Source: Ardenticatenales bacterium (GTDB taxonomy: Bacteria > Chloroflexota > Anaerolineae > Epilineales > Epilineaceae). From it: a DNA stretch of 64,000 nucleotides. The stretch covers positions 18,672 to 82,671 of the forward strand of contig JADYYS010000050.1 of the NCBI GenBank assembly GCA_020853525.1, written 5' to 3'. Numbering within the stretch: the first letter of the stretch is position 1; the number at the start of each line of letters is the position of its first letter. The position numbers and the translations under genes were made by a program. Shown piece by piece: positions 16,871-26,035 of the stretch. A model generated the notes under the pieces. It was given only the letters and a program-made list of their open reading frames with translations. It was not told the DNA's origin and searched no databases.

Positions 16871-18997
16871 CTACCTCGCCGACGTCGTGCGTTCGACGAT
16901 TCTCACGACGGCCTCCGCCGTGTCGATGTCGGTGATCGGCGCCGTGATGCCGGAGTCGACGCCGAACATGTAGTTCAACAGGAACTGGTCGTACTTGCGG
17001 TAGCGCAGCCGGGCCGTGATGTGCAGCGCGCCGGCGGCGGCGGGCGCGGACGGCAGCTCGAAGGCATGATCGCCCGCGTCCGGCGGCTCGGTCAGGACGG
17101 TCGTCGAGGACGGGCAGCCGAAGGTGTACTCGCTCGAGTCCGAGAAGCCGGGGAAGAGCGAGCGCCGGAAGCGAACGCCCGCCATCTCCCAGAGGTTGTG
17201 GCGGTCGATGAGGTTGCCGTACTGGTCGACACCCTCGGCCTTGAAGATGAACGAGCCCTTCTGGATGAAGTTCGCGTCGTCGACGGCGCCGGACTCGAAG
17301 ACCACCTTGCCGGCATCGTCCTTCACGACGACCTCGACCCAGGACTGGATGATGTCGAGCGGGCCGGTCGGGAAGTCGTGCCCGACCTTGCGCGACGTCG
17401 TGACGGCCTTGATCGACAGCGGCTCGCCGGCCACGGCGGTCTGGGGCACCTCGAGGGCCACCGTCACGACCGGACCCGTCTCCCACTTCGCGGCGATCTC
17501 CGGCACCTCGATCTCGCCGCGCAGCCAGTCCGACACGAGGTCGACCTGCTCCTGGCCGCCGGGCAGCTTGAGCATCGTCGGCATCATCTGGTTGGCGCCG
17601 AGGAAGCGGTGGCTGCGGTGCGCGCCGTCGTCGGGCGTTCGGTTGTAGTCCAGCCCATCGCCCGCCGCCGGGTCCGTCGACGCGATGAGCGGCATATGGC
17701 ACTCCCGGCACTCGACGGTCTTCGTCGGATCGCCCGGCTTGTTCCAGTGGCTCTTGCGCCAGTTGTCGTACTGGTTCTGGAGCTGGACCCAGCCGACCTG
17801 GTTCACCTCCTGGTCGATGAACTGCTTGTGGCACGCCGCGCAGTACTCCGGCGTCTTGAACGCGCGCTTGGCCAGCGCGGTGACGTGGGCGCGCGGGTAG
17901 GCGCGGATCAGGAAGTCCCGGGCGAAGCGCGCCGCATCGTTGTCGGGATCGGCCATCTCGAACAGGTAGCGCGGCGGCTGCTCGACGATGTAGTTCGCGT
18001 TGCCCTTGACGTCCGTCTCACGGATCGAGTGGCATGACAGGCACGACACGCCCTCGTCGAAGCCGTGCTTGCCGGTCAGCTGGTCGGTGAAGATGTTCTT
18101 CGTTCCCTCGAACAGCGAGATCGGGTCGTGGCAGCCGGCACAGTAGCGGGTGGACTCCGTCCCGTTCTGGGTGGCCATGACGGCCTGGATCTTCATGAAG
18201 CCCGGGTCCATGGCCGCCCAGCGGTGCGCGCTGACCTCCCACTCCTTCACGATCTGCTCGTGGCAGCCCGACGTCCCGCATGTCTGAGAGCCGGACAGCC
18301 GCCGGGCATCGTATGCTTCGTTCGTGACGGTCCGCGCCAGGCTCGGGGCGAACGGCTTCTCGGGCCCGTACACGTACTGGTAGTCGGACGGAAATGCGTC
18401 TGTCAGCCGCGGCGCCCGATAGGCCAGCCGCACCGCGCCGACGACGCCGAAGCACAGCGCCGCCACCACGGCCCCGCGGACGAGATAGCGCCACTCGGCC
18501 GCGCGGACCGGCTGGCGCGCCACCACCCCGCTCGCGGCGTCATGCCGCACCGCCCGCGCGTCGCGCCACACGATCCACGCGATATGCGGCACGACGAGGG
18601 CGATGACGACGACCGTCGAGACGATGTGCGCCATGTCCCAGGCGTAATCGATCCGACGGCCGAAGAGCGCCTGAACGGTGAGCACGACCCCGGACACCAG
18701 GCACACCGCCGTCGCGATCAGGCCGGCGTAGCCGGTGAGCGTCGTGTGCGACAGGGCGTAGTGACGATACGTCCGCCAGTGCTGGATCTGGTACCACCCG
18801 AAGGGCAGGATGAACAGGACGCCGAACAGCGTGTGCACGGCGACCATCACCTGGTTCGGGACGCTGAACGGCAGGAGGTAGATCGACAGCCCGGTCAGCG
18901 TCTCGAACAGCAGCACCCCGCCGACCGCGATGGCCAGCGGCGAACGCCATGCGGCGACGCGATCGACCCGTGCAGCTCCGGCGACGGCATTCGACAT
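16871..18997 (-). CDS. Membrane-anchored multihaem cytochrome c: an N-terminal 4-TM His-containing (cytochrome-b-like) domain plus five CxxCH motifs.
   Basis: The haem motifs are CGTSGCH, CAGCH, CLSCH, CAACH and CRECH. Probable start MSNAVAG with a strong GGGGGAGG Shine-Dalgarno. TM helices contain conserved His residues. Confidence 0.75.
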   Translation of the reverse strand: MSNAVAGAARVDRVAAWRSPLAIAVGGVLLFETLTGLSIYLLPFSVPNQVMVAVHTLFGVLFILPFGWYQIQHWRTYRHYALSHTTLTGYAGLIATAVCLVSGVVLTVQALFGRRIDYAWDMAHIVSTVVVIALVVPHIAWIVWRDARAVRHDAASGVVARQPVRAAEWRYLVRGAVVAALCFGVVGAVRLAYRAPRLTDAFPSDYQYVYGPEKPFAPSLARTVTNEAYDARRLSGSQTCGTSGCHEQIVKEWEVSAHRWAAMDPGFMKIQAVMATQNGTESTRYCAGCHDPISLFEGTKNIFTDQLTGKHGFDEGVSCLSCHSIRETDVKGNANYIVEQPPRYLFEMADPDNDAARFARDFLIRAYPRAHVTALAKRAFKTPEYCAACHKQFIDQEVNQVGWVQLQNQYDNWRKSHWNKPGDPTKTVECRECHMPLIASTDPAAGDGLDYNRTPDDGAHRSHRFLGANQMMPTMLKLPGGQEQVDLVSDWLRGEIEVPEIAAKWETGPVVTVALEVPQTAVAGEPLSIKAVTTSRKVGHDFPTGPLDIIQSWVEVVVKDDAGKVVFESGAVDDANFIQKGSFIFKAEGVDQYGNLIDRHNLWEMAGVRFRRSLFPGFSDSSEYTFGCPSSTTVLTEPPDAGDHAFELPSAPAAAGALHITARLRYRKYDQFLLNYMFGVDSGITAPITDIDTAEAVVRIVERTTSAR

Positions 18998-19188
18998 GAC
19001 AGCCTCCCCCACCGGCGCGCATCGACTGGGATGCGCGCGATGACCGGTTCGTCCGTTCGTGGGAGGCTGGTCGGCTGACGGCAAGAAAAACAGCAGCCGC
19101 ACCAGGTCCGACGGATCGGACGGTGCTGCTGCTCTTGGTGAAAATCGTAGCCGAGTGAAATTCGGACGTCAAGGGCTGAATTGCGGCC

Positions 19189-19734
19189 TCAACCGTACAG
19201 CATCGCGTAGATGACGACGCCCGTCGCCGAGACGTACAACCAGATCGGCAGCGTCACCTTGGCGATCCGCCGGTGCCGCGTCACGTCCCACGTCCAGCCG
19301 CGGTACAGCGTGACCAGCGCAAGCGGCACGATGAGCGTCGCCAGGACGATGTGGCTCAGCAGGATCGTCAGGTAGAGGCCGCGGTACGGCCCGCCGTACG
19401 GCGTCGGCGCAGCCTTGAAGGTGTGGTAGACGACGTAGGACACGAGGAACGCCGACGAGCACCCGAACGCCGCCAGCATCGCCCGACGGTGGAGCTCGAT
19501 CCGCTTGCGGCGGATCAGGATGTAGCCGACGATCAGGCACGTGCCCGCCAGACCGTTGAACGTGGCGTTGAAGGCCGGCAGTGCGCTTACGTCGAGCCGC
19601 CCGGCGACGCCGTCGGGGCGCGGGCCGAGGATGAGGAACGCCACGGCTCCGACGACGACGGCGGACAGGATGGCGATGACGGTCAGCCAGAAGCGGTCGG
19701 TGCGGCGGGGCGCGGCGTGGGCGGATGTCGACAT
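19189..19734 (-). CDS. DUF420-family membrane protein (a family often found near haem-copper oxidase / SCO genes).
   Basis: MSTSAHAAP... followed by 4 TM helices. YHTFKAAPTPYGG and LTILLSHI are typical of DUF420. GAGGAA Shine-Dalgarno. Confidence 0.65.
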   Translation of the reverse strand: MSTSAHAAPRRTDRFWLTVIAILSAVVVGAVAFLILGPRPDGVAGRLDVSALPAFNATFNGLAGTCLIVGYILIRRKRIELHRRAMLAAFGCSSAFLVSYVVYHTFKAAPTPYGGPYRGLYLTILLSHIVLATLIVPLALVTLYRGWTWDVTRHRRIAKVTLPIWLYVSATGVVIYAMLYG

Positions 19735-19816
19735 CACGTTCCTCAGCTTGCGGGCACGACGATCGGCCGATATGGTAGACGCCTCCCCCCCGAACGCCAC
19801 GCCCAGGACGCCGCGC

Positions 19817-22800
19817 ATGCTCCGCTCACGCCAGGCCGCCCTCGTCGCGCTCGCCCTTACCGCCGTTGCCGTCGGCACGGCGCTGGCCGCCTCCGACCCT
19901 TCGCGCCGCAGCCCCGACGCGCGCGTTCCCGACGCCCGCGCCGTCCATGCCGCTCAAGGCGTCCGCTCGCCCGTCACCGTCACCCTCGACAGCGGCACCG
20001 TCGAGTGGCGCGCGGCACCGTACGCCGAGGTCGGCGCGTTCTGGTATTCCGGCGAGAGCTTCTACTTCAACGCCTTCGGCTCCGCCGACAGCACCGGCCG
20101 CGTCGTTCTGACCTGGTCCGACCCGACGCCCGAGCGCACGGACAACGACCGGCCGTTCGAAGAACTCGATCGGCTGGTCCTTCGCGCCGGCACGGCCGTC
20201 GATGTCGGCGCCGTCTACACGATCACGCTTCCTGCCCTCGACGCCGAGGTCGACGCGCCCGGCGACCGCATCGCCCTGCGCGGCCCGCCCGGCGCCACGC
20301 TGGCCGTCCGCGTCCGCCGCGCCCTCGACCGCGATGTCCTGGCGCTGACCGGAACGGACGTCGTCCGGCGGGACGCCGGCGACGTCGGCGGCGCCCTCGC
20401 CGGCCAGCGCTCCTCGGGCGAGCCCGGGCGCTCGGTCTGGGCCGGCAACGTCACGGCCGGCGGCGACGGCGCGACGGAGGTCCGGCTCGCCGGGACGGTC
20501 GATGTCCAGCCGGGCGACATCGTCGAGGTGCAGCGCGTCTGGGCGGGCGACACGTTCGTGCTGCGCCGCACGGCCTTCCAGCTCGTCACGGGCGACGGCC
20601 TCCGGCAGCCGGTCGCCTACGGGCGGCCCGGCGAGCGTGTGGCCGTGGATGTCCAAAGCGGCGGGCGGCGGCGGGGCTGCGCGACGACGATCGGCCGGGC
20701 GGGTTGGCGCAGCTGGTCCTGCGGCGAACCGATCGCGGCCGGCGACCGGATCACGGTGTCCCACAGCGGCGGGCTTCTCCCGCTCGTCCGCACCACGGCC
20801 ACCGTCCCTCAGCTCGCATTCCGACCGGGTGCCGGTTCGAAACCCGCGGACCTGACCGGCCCGCCGAACGCCCGCCTGCGCTTTGTCGAGGTCGACGCCC
20901 TCGGCGGTCCGTCGGGCTTCGACGTCGTGCTCGACGCCCAGGGGCAGGCGACGCTGCCTGCCGGACGACCCGCGCGCGGCAGCCGCTACGCGTACGCCTG
21001 GCGCGACGTGAGCGGCATCACGTGGGGCCGCGGCGGCTTCGTGCCGCAGATCCGGCTCGTGCTCGGCGAGCCGCGGCTGCGCGGGGTCTGGCCGGCGGAC
21101 CCGGTAACCGTCACCGTCTCCGGGCACGGCGGGGCGGTCATCGGCCGCTGGTCGCGGGCGCGCACCTCGAGCGGCAGCGCACGATCGATCCCGCTCTACG
21201 ACCCGCGGAGCGGGCCGCAGGAGCCGCTGCACCGCCTCGCCCCGGGCGAACGCATCGAGGTTGTCGTGGGCGGCGACGAGCCTGTGGTCTGGACGGTGCC
21301 GGATCTGGCGCTGCAGTTCGATGCCGACCGCAATCAGCTGGCGGGACGGCTACCGCTCGGCACGCGCGGCACGCTGACCGTCCTCGAGGCCATTGACGGC
21401 GACCCCGACCCGCTCCAGCCCTTGGACGACCTCGCCGACAGCCGGTTCGTGCACCGCGCCACGCTGTCGCTCAGCCCGGCAACCGACGGCGCGTTCGCGG
21501 TCCGGGTCTCCGACTTGCGCACACCCGACGGCTTCCGGCTGCCGGCCCACCGGCTCGTCCTGTACGCCGTCACCGCCGAGCGGGCCGACGGCAACGCGGT
21601 GATGGCCGTCGTCGCGCGGCCGTGGCTCCGGATCGACGCGCAGTCGGTCAGCGCCGAGGGCTTTGGGCCGTCGGGTCAGACGGTCGACATCGAGGTGGCG
21701 GATGCGGCCGGCCGGCCCGTCGTGCGCCGCCGAACCGACGATGCCGTCGCGACGGCGATCGATCGGCCGGTGTGGAGCATCCCGCTCGTCGACGCCGTCG
21801 GCGCGCCCACGGCGCTCCGCCCGGGCGACCGCGTGACCGTCACGATCGGCGCCTCGCGAAGCGCGCTGACCGTCCCGCCGACGGCGGCGCACGTCGACCT
21901 CCCGGGTCGGTCGGTTCGCGGCCGGACGGCACCGAACGCGTCGCTCACCATCGCGTTTTTCGGCGAAGCATGGGGCGAGCGCCGCTGGGTCGTCCGCGCC
22001 GGGCCGGACGGCACGTTCGAGACGCCGCTGCCCGCCGGCGTCCCGCTCCGGCACAACGACCGGGGCGAGATCCTCGGCCGCGTCGGACCGCACGTCGTCA
22101 CCGCGCAGATCGTCGTCCCGTCGATGATCGCCGACCTGAGCGTCGGCCGGATCTGGGGTCGAGGCGCCGCCGGGGCGCCCGTGGACGTGACCGTGCTCCG
22201 ACAGGGTCGTGCGGTCGCGTCGGGTCGACGCCTCGTGGACGACGGGCTGACCTTCGACGTCGACCCGCGCGACGCGGGCGGCCGGCACGTCCGCCCGCTG
22301 GCCGGCGACGTCGTCGTCCAACGCGTCGACGGCCGCCCTGCGATGACCCTCACGGTGCCGGCGCTCGCGGCGCGCTGGGTGCAGGCCGACGGTGCGATCG
22401 CCGGGACGTCGCCGCCCGGCAGCGCCGTGGACATCCAACGCCCGGCCGGCTTCGAGCTGACGGGCGCCGGCTGGGACGTCGGCTACGCCGATGTGGCCGC
22501 CACGGGCGCGTTCACCGCCTCGGCGCGCCATCGGTTCGGTCTGACCACCGGCCTGAGCGCGCTCGTGCAGGCCCGCGTGCCGGACGGCGTGATCGCCTGG
22601 CGCTGGGTCGCCACGCCCGTCCTCAACGTTCCGCACGGCGGCGACAGCGTCTGCGGCCAGGCCATGCCGTGGGCCGTCGTGCACGCCACGGCCACGCTCG
22701 GCGACGGCCGTACGGCGGAAGGCAGCGGCGGCGCGGACCCCAACGGCCGCTTCCGCATCCCGCTGCGTCGCGCCGACGGCCGGCCGGTCGTGCTCGCCGC

Positions 22801-23785
22801 GGGCGACGTCGTACGCGCGGTCGTCGACGGCACGGCGCTCGAGGCCACGTTGCCCGCGCTGACGTTCAAGGTCGACCGGGCCGCCCGCCGCGGCACGGGC
22901 AGCGCGCCGCCGGGCGCCATCGTCTCGATCGAGCACCCGGCCGGCAGTTGCGCCTCCCGCGACAGCGCCGATCCCATCGAGCGGACATCGTTTGCCTATG
23001 CCAGCCAGGCCACCGCCGACGGTCGCGGCGCGTACGATGCCTCGTTGCCGCTCTTGCCGCGCGCGCTCGAATCCGCGCGTCCGCCCGCGTTCGAAGCCGC
23101 CCTCCTCGACGCCGCCGGCCATCGCCACTTCCGCCTCAGCCGGGCGCTGCGCATCACGGCCCTCGTCGACACGGATCGCGTCACCGGGGAGGCCGATGCC
23201 GGCCGCAGCGTCGCCGTGACGCTCGCCCGCCCCGGCGGCCTCACCGCCCGCGGCACCGCCGTCGCCGACGCCCTCGGGCGCTTCACGGCGACGCTCGCCG
23301 CCGATGGCGGCGGTGCCGCGGTACGCCTGCAGGCAGGCGACTCCGTCGCGGCCACCGCGGACGGCGAGGCCCGCGGCCTGACCGTCCCGCCGCTGGCCGT
23401 CGACTGGCACCCCGAGCGGGGCCTCGACGGCCGGACGGATGCCGGCGCGACCATCCACGTCCGGTTCATCCTGCCGCGCGGGCTTGTCTCGGCGCAGGCG
23501 ACGGACTTCACGTTTGCGCTGACCGCCGACGCCACGGGCCGGTTCTCGAGCGCCGCCGCCGCAGCGCGCGGCCACTGGACCGCGGCTGACGTCCGGCGGG
23601 TCGAGGTCTGGCGGTCGTTCGAAGAGGACGATCGGGTGATGGTGGCGTTCGACACCGAGCGCGGCCCGGCACCGCCCACGCCGCCGGGCAGGCCGACGCC
23701 TGTCGCGACGGCGCGGCCACCGGACGGCGTGGACGGCGGGCGGGCGCACCTGCCGTGGGCGGGGCGAGAGGCGGACATGCCCTGA
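19817..23785 (+). CDS. Very large (~1320 aa) secreted protein built of repeated ~100-aa beta-sandwich (Ig-like) modules. Function unknown.
   Basis: Signal-like N-terminus MLRSRQAALVALALTAVAVGTALAAS. Recurring module ends TLTVPALAARW, LEATLPALTFKV, GLTVPPLAVDW and ALTVPPTAAHVD. No catalytic motif recognised. The start position is uncertain. Confidence 0.5.
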   Translation: MLRSRQAALVALALTAVAVGTALAASDPSRRSPDARVPDARAVHAAQGVRSPVTVTLDSGTVEWRAAPYAEVGAFWYSGESFYFNAFGSADSTGRVVLTWSDPTPERTDNDRPFEELDRLVLRAGTAVDVGAVYTITLPALDAEVDAPGDRIALRGPPGATLAVRVRRALDRDVLALTGTDVVRRDAGDVGGALAGQRSSGEPGRSVWAGNVTAGGDGATEVRLAGTVDVQPGDIVEVQRVWAGDTFVLRRTAFQLVTGDGLRQPVAYGRPGERVAVDVQSGGRRRGCATTIGRAGWRSWSCGEPIAAGDRITVSHSGGLLPLVRTTATVPQLAFRPGAGSKPADLTGPPNARLRFVEVDALGGPSGFDVVLDAQGQATLPAGRPARGSRYAYAWRDVSGITWGRGGFVPQIRLVLGEPRLRGVWPADPVTVTVSGHGGAVIGRWSRARTSSGSARSIPLYDPRSGPQEPLHRLAPGERIEVVVGGDEPVVWTVPDLALQFDADRNQLAGRLPLGTRGTLTVLEAIDGDPDPLQPLDDLADSRFVHRATLSLSPATDGAFAVRVSDLRTPDGFRLPAHRLVLYAVTAERADGNAVMAVVARPWLRIDAQSVSAEGFGPSGQTVDIEVADAAGRPVVRRRTDDAVATAIDRPVWSIPLVDAVGAPTALRPGDRVTVTIGASRSALTVPPTAAHVDLPGRSVRGRTAPNASLTIAFFGEAWGERRWVVRAGPDGTFETPLPAGVPLRHNDRGEILGRVGPHVVTAQIVVPSMIADLSVGRIWGRGAAGAPVDVTVLRQGRAVASGRRLVDDGLTFDVDPRDAGGRHVRPLAGDVVVQRVDGRPAMTLTVPALAARWVQADGAIAGTSPPGSAVDIQRPAGFELTGAGWDVGYADVAATGAFTASARHRFGLTTGLSALVQARVPDGVIAWRWVATPVLNVPHGGDSVCGQAMPWAVVHATATLGDGRTAEGSGGADPNGRFRIPLRRADGRPVVLAAGDVVRAVVDGTALEATLPALTFKVDRAARRGTGSAPPGAIVSIEHPAGSCASRDSADPIERTSFAYASQATADGRGAYDASLPLLPRALESARPPAFEAALLDAAGHRHFRLSRALRITALVDTDRVTGEADAGRSVAVTLARPGGLTARGTAVADALGRFTATLAADGGGAAVRLQAGDSVAATADGEARGLTVPPLAVDWHPERGLDGRTDAGATIHVRFILPRGLVSAQATDFTFALTADATGRFSSAAAAARGHWTAADVRRVEVWRSFEEDDRVMVAFDTERGPAPPTPPGRPTPVATARPPDGVDGGRAHLPWAGREADMP

Positions 23786-23883
23786 GGCCGCTCGCTCCCC
23801 CGGCAAGTCCCGCCGCCGCTCCGATCGTCACACCGCCCCCCACCCGCTATCGTTACGCCCTCGCCCATTCCGAGGAGCCGACG

Positions 23884-25005
23884 ATGCCCGTACTTCCGCC
23901 CGCCGGCCGCCCCGCCGTGCTCGCGCTCGTCCTTGGCGCCGCACTTTCGGCCGTCGCCTGCACCGATCGCGCGACGCGGACGCCCGCCCCGCCGACCGCC
24001 ACCCCGTCGCCCGTCGCGACCGCGACGCCGATCGCCTCGGCGACGGCCACCGCCACGGCCACGCCGCCGCCGCACGAGCTGTCCATCGAGTTCCTGCGCC
24101 GCAAGGCCCATCCCGGCGGCCCGCTGACCGTCGTGCGCGAGCTCGGGGCGAAGGGGAACTACACCCAGTCCGTCGTCCGCTACCCGTCGGACGGCCTGGC
24201 GATCCAGGCACTGTTGACCGTGCCGCAGGGCGATCCGCCGCCGACGGGCTGGCCGGCCGTCATCTTCAACCACGGCTACATCCCACCGGCGCAGTACCGC
24301 ACGACGGAGCGCTACGTCGCCTATGTCGACGCGTTCGCCCGCAACGGCTACATCGTCCTCAAGAGCGATTACCGCGGCCACGGTGAGAGCGAGGGCGATC
24401 CGTCCGGCGGCTACGGCAACCAGGGATACACGTCCGATGTCCTGAACGGGCTCGCATCGCTCCGCGCCCGGCCCGATGTCGACCCCGACCGGATCGGGAT
24501 GTGGGGTCACTCGATGGGCGGCTGGATCACGCTGCGGAGCATGGTGACGACGGACACCGTCAAGGCCGGTGTGATCTGGGCCGGCGTCGTGGCCAGCTAC
24601 CCTGATCTCCTGACGCGCTGGCGCCGTCCCGGCGCCCCGACGCAGCCGGCCGCGACCACCGCCGGCGGCCTGAGCGCGTCGTCCTCCGCCGGCCGCCGCT
24701 GGCGCACGGACCTCGTCGCGCGCTTCGGCGAGCCGGAGGCGAACCCCGCCGCGTGGGCACCCCTGTCGGCGAACACCTACCTCGCCGACCTGTCCGGCCC
24801 GATCGAACTCCACCACGGCACGGCGGACAGCAGCGTGCCGTTCGGCTTCTCGGAGACGCTCGTCGAAGAGATCGAGGCCGTCGGCGGCAACGTGGCGCTG
24901 TTCACCTACCCGGGCGACGACCACAACATCAGCGCGAACCTGTCGACGGCGCTGGCGCGGTCGGTGGCGTTCTTCGATGCACACGTGAAGGACATCGCGC
25001 CGTAG
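23884..25005 (+). CDS. Alpha/beta-hydrolase lipoprotein (prolyl-oligopeptidase / dienelactone-hydrolase-like).
   Basis: Lipobox ALSAVAC. Nucleophile elbow GMWGHSMGGW. A Thr/Pro/Ala-rich linker follows the lipobox. Confidence 0.7.
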   Translation: MPVLPPAGRPAVLALVLGAALSAVACTDRATRTPAPPTATPSPVATATPIASATATATATPPPHELSIEFLRRKAHPGGPLTVVRELGAKGNYTQSVVRYPSDGLAIQALLTVPQGDPPPTGWPAVIFNHGYIPPAQYRTTERYVAYVDAFARNGYIVLKSDYRGHGESEGDPSGGYGNQGYTSDVLNGLASLRARPDVDPDRIGMWGHSMGGWITLRSMVTTDTVKAGVIWAGVVASYPDLLTRWRRPGAPTQPAATTAGGLSASSSAGRRWRTDLVARFGEPEANPAAWAPLSANTYLADLSGPIELHHGTADSSVPFGFSETLVEEIEAVGGNVALFTYPGDDHNISANLSTALARSVAFFDAHVKDIAP

Positions 25006-25040
25006 TCGCGGACTCCCCCCATCGGCCCCCCCGGCCGACA

Positions 25041-25093
25041 TTGACACATCGATCGTGGTCGATATAATTGCCGCATCGATCGTCATCGATGTG
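25041..25093. promoter_or_regulatory. Consensus sigma70-type promoter TTGACA (25041-25046), 16-nt spacer, TATAAT (25063-25068), embedded in the inverted repeat CACATCGATCG ... CGATCGTCATCGATGTG. Candidate ArsR-family operator, suggesting autoregulation.
   Basis: Seen in the sequence. The promoter hexamers and spacing are perfect, and the palindrome arms flank and overlap them. Confidence 0.5.
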
Positions 25094-25481
25094 TTGTCTG
25101 GAGTCCGCCGTGACCGCAACCCAACCCACCGCCCTCTTGTTCGCCAAGGTCCTCGCCGACGACACGCGGCAGCGGATCATGACGTGCTGCTGCTGCACGT
25201 GGCGCTCGGTCGGTGACATCGTCGAGGCGCTGGGCGGCGACGTGGGGCAGCCGACGGTCTCGCATCACCTGGCGGTGCTGCGGGACGCGGGGCTGGTGCG
25301 GCTGCGGCGGGACGGTCGGCAGACGTTCTACGCGTTGGACCAGGAGCGCGTGGCGAGCTGCTGCGGTCAGGTGCTGACGTCGTTCGCGCCGCAGACCACG
25401 GCCGCGGCGGCGGTCGTCGCGTGCTGCGAGGACTGCGGCCCGGCGTCGACATCGGCGCCGATCGCGTTGGTCACGCCGTGA
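25089..25481 (+). CDS. ArsR/SmtB-family metal-sensing transcriptional repressor, unusually Cys-rich.
   Basis: Winged-HTH LADDTRQRIM...SVGDIVEALGGDVGQPTVSHHLAVLRDAGLV. It has a CCCC cluster (MTCCCCTW) and a C-terminal CC...CC.DC cluster. The start was chosen downstream of the promoter. The ORF-track start at 25068 would overlap the -10 hexamer. Confidence 0.7.
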   Translation: MCCLESAVTATQPTALLFAKVLADDTRQRIMTCCCCTWRSVGDIVEALGGDVGQPTVSHHLAVLRDAGLVRLRRDGRQTFYALDQERVASCCGQVLTSFAPQTTAAAAVVACCEDCGPASTSAPIALVTP

Positions 25482-25500
25482 CCGAGCGGGCGGGTTTTTT
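25470..25500. terminator. GC-rich stem followed by a T7 run (GGGCGGGTTTTTTTGG). Probable intrinsic terminator after the arsR-like gene.
   Basis: Seen in the sequence. U-tracts are rare in this GC-rich DNA. Confidence 0.4.
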
Positions 25501-25613
25501 TGGGCCAATGCATCGATGGCGATCGATTGGTTTGCCGCGGCGAAGACGTCGCCGCGGCAGCGCACCGAGCCGGACCGCGCTGTGCGTCCGGCCAACAGAT
25601 CCATGGAGGATCG

Positions 25614-25779
25614 CATGAACGATGTGACGGGTTCGCAGATCGAGGATCGGATGACGGCCGGTTGTTGCGACGGTGGGTCGGGGTGCTGCGGCGGCGGTTG
25701 TTGCGGCGGCGGCGGCTGCAGCTGCTGCTGCAGCGACGATTGCGGTTGCGATCCGACGGGCGACACCACGCCCCAGTAA
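25614..25779 (+). CDS. 54-aa Cys/Gly-rich peptide, metallothionein-like: MNDVTGSQIEDRMTAGCCDGGSGCCGGGCCGGGGCSCCCSDDCGCDPTGDTTPQ.
   Basis: It has a strong Shine-Dalgarno (GGAGGA, 4 nt before the ATG), 16 Cys in 54 residues, and sits immediately downstream of the ArsR-type sensor. A second ATCGAT-containing palindrome lies upstream of it at 25520-25545. Low-complexity frame artefacts (poly-Ala in the other frames) cannot be excluded. Confidence 0.45.
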
Positions 25780-25800
25780 GCCGGCACGCCGGTCGGTCGG

Positions 25801-26035
25801 GCCCAACAACCGGTCCCCCCCGGCCCGCACGCAAACGATGCCCGGTAGGGGCAGGTCCCCGTGCCTGCCCCGTAGGCCGTCCCATCACGCACCCCATTCC
25901 AAACCCAACAAGACGCGACGCGTGTCGTGTGGGCCGGGGATGGGGCGGGGTGGGGGGCCTACGGGGCAGGCACGGGGACCTGCCCCTACCGGGCATCGTT
26001 TGCGTGTCGGCCGGGGGTGTCGGTTGTTGGGCGCC
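25801..26035. repeat. Giant imperfect palindrome (~235 bp). Arms 25801-25877 and 25955-26035 carry a perfect 51-bp inverted repeat core. The 77-bp centre is itself quasi-palindromic around ACGCGT.
   Basis: Verified by reverse-complementing. 25826-25877 equals the reverse complement of 25955-26005 exactly. Confidence 0.85.
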
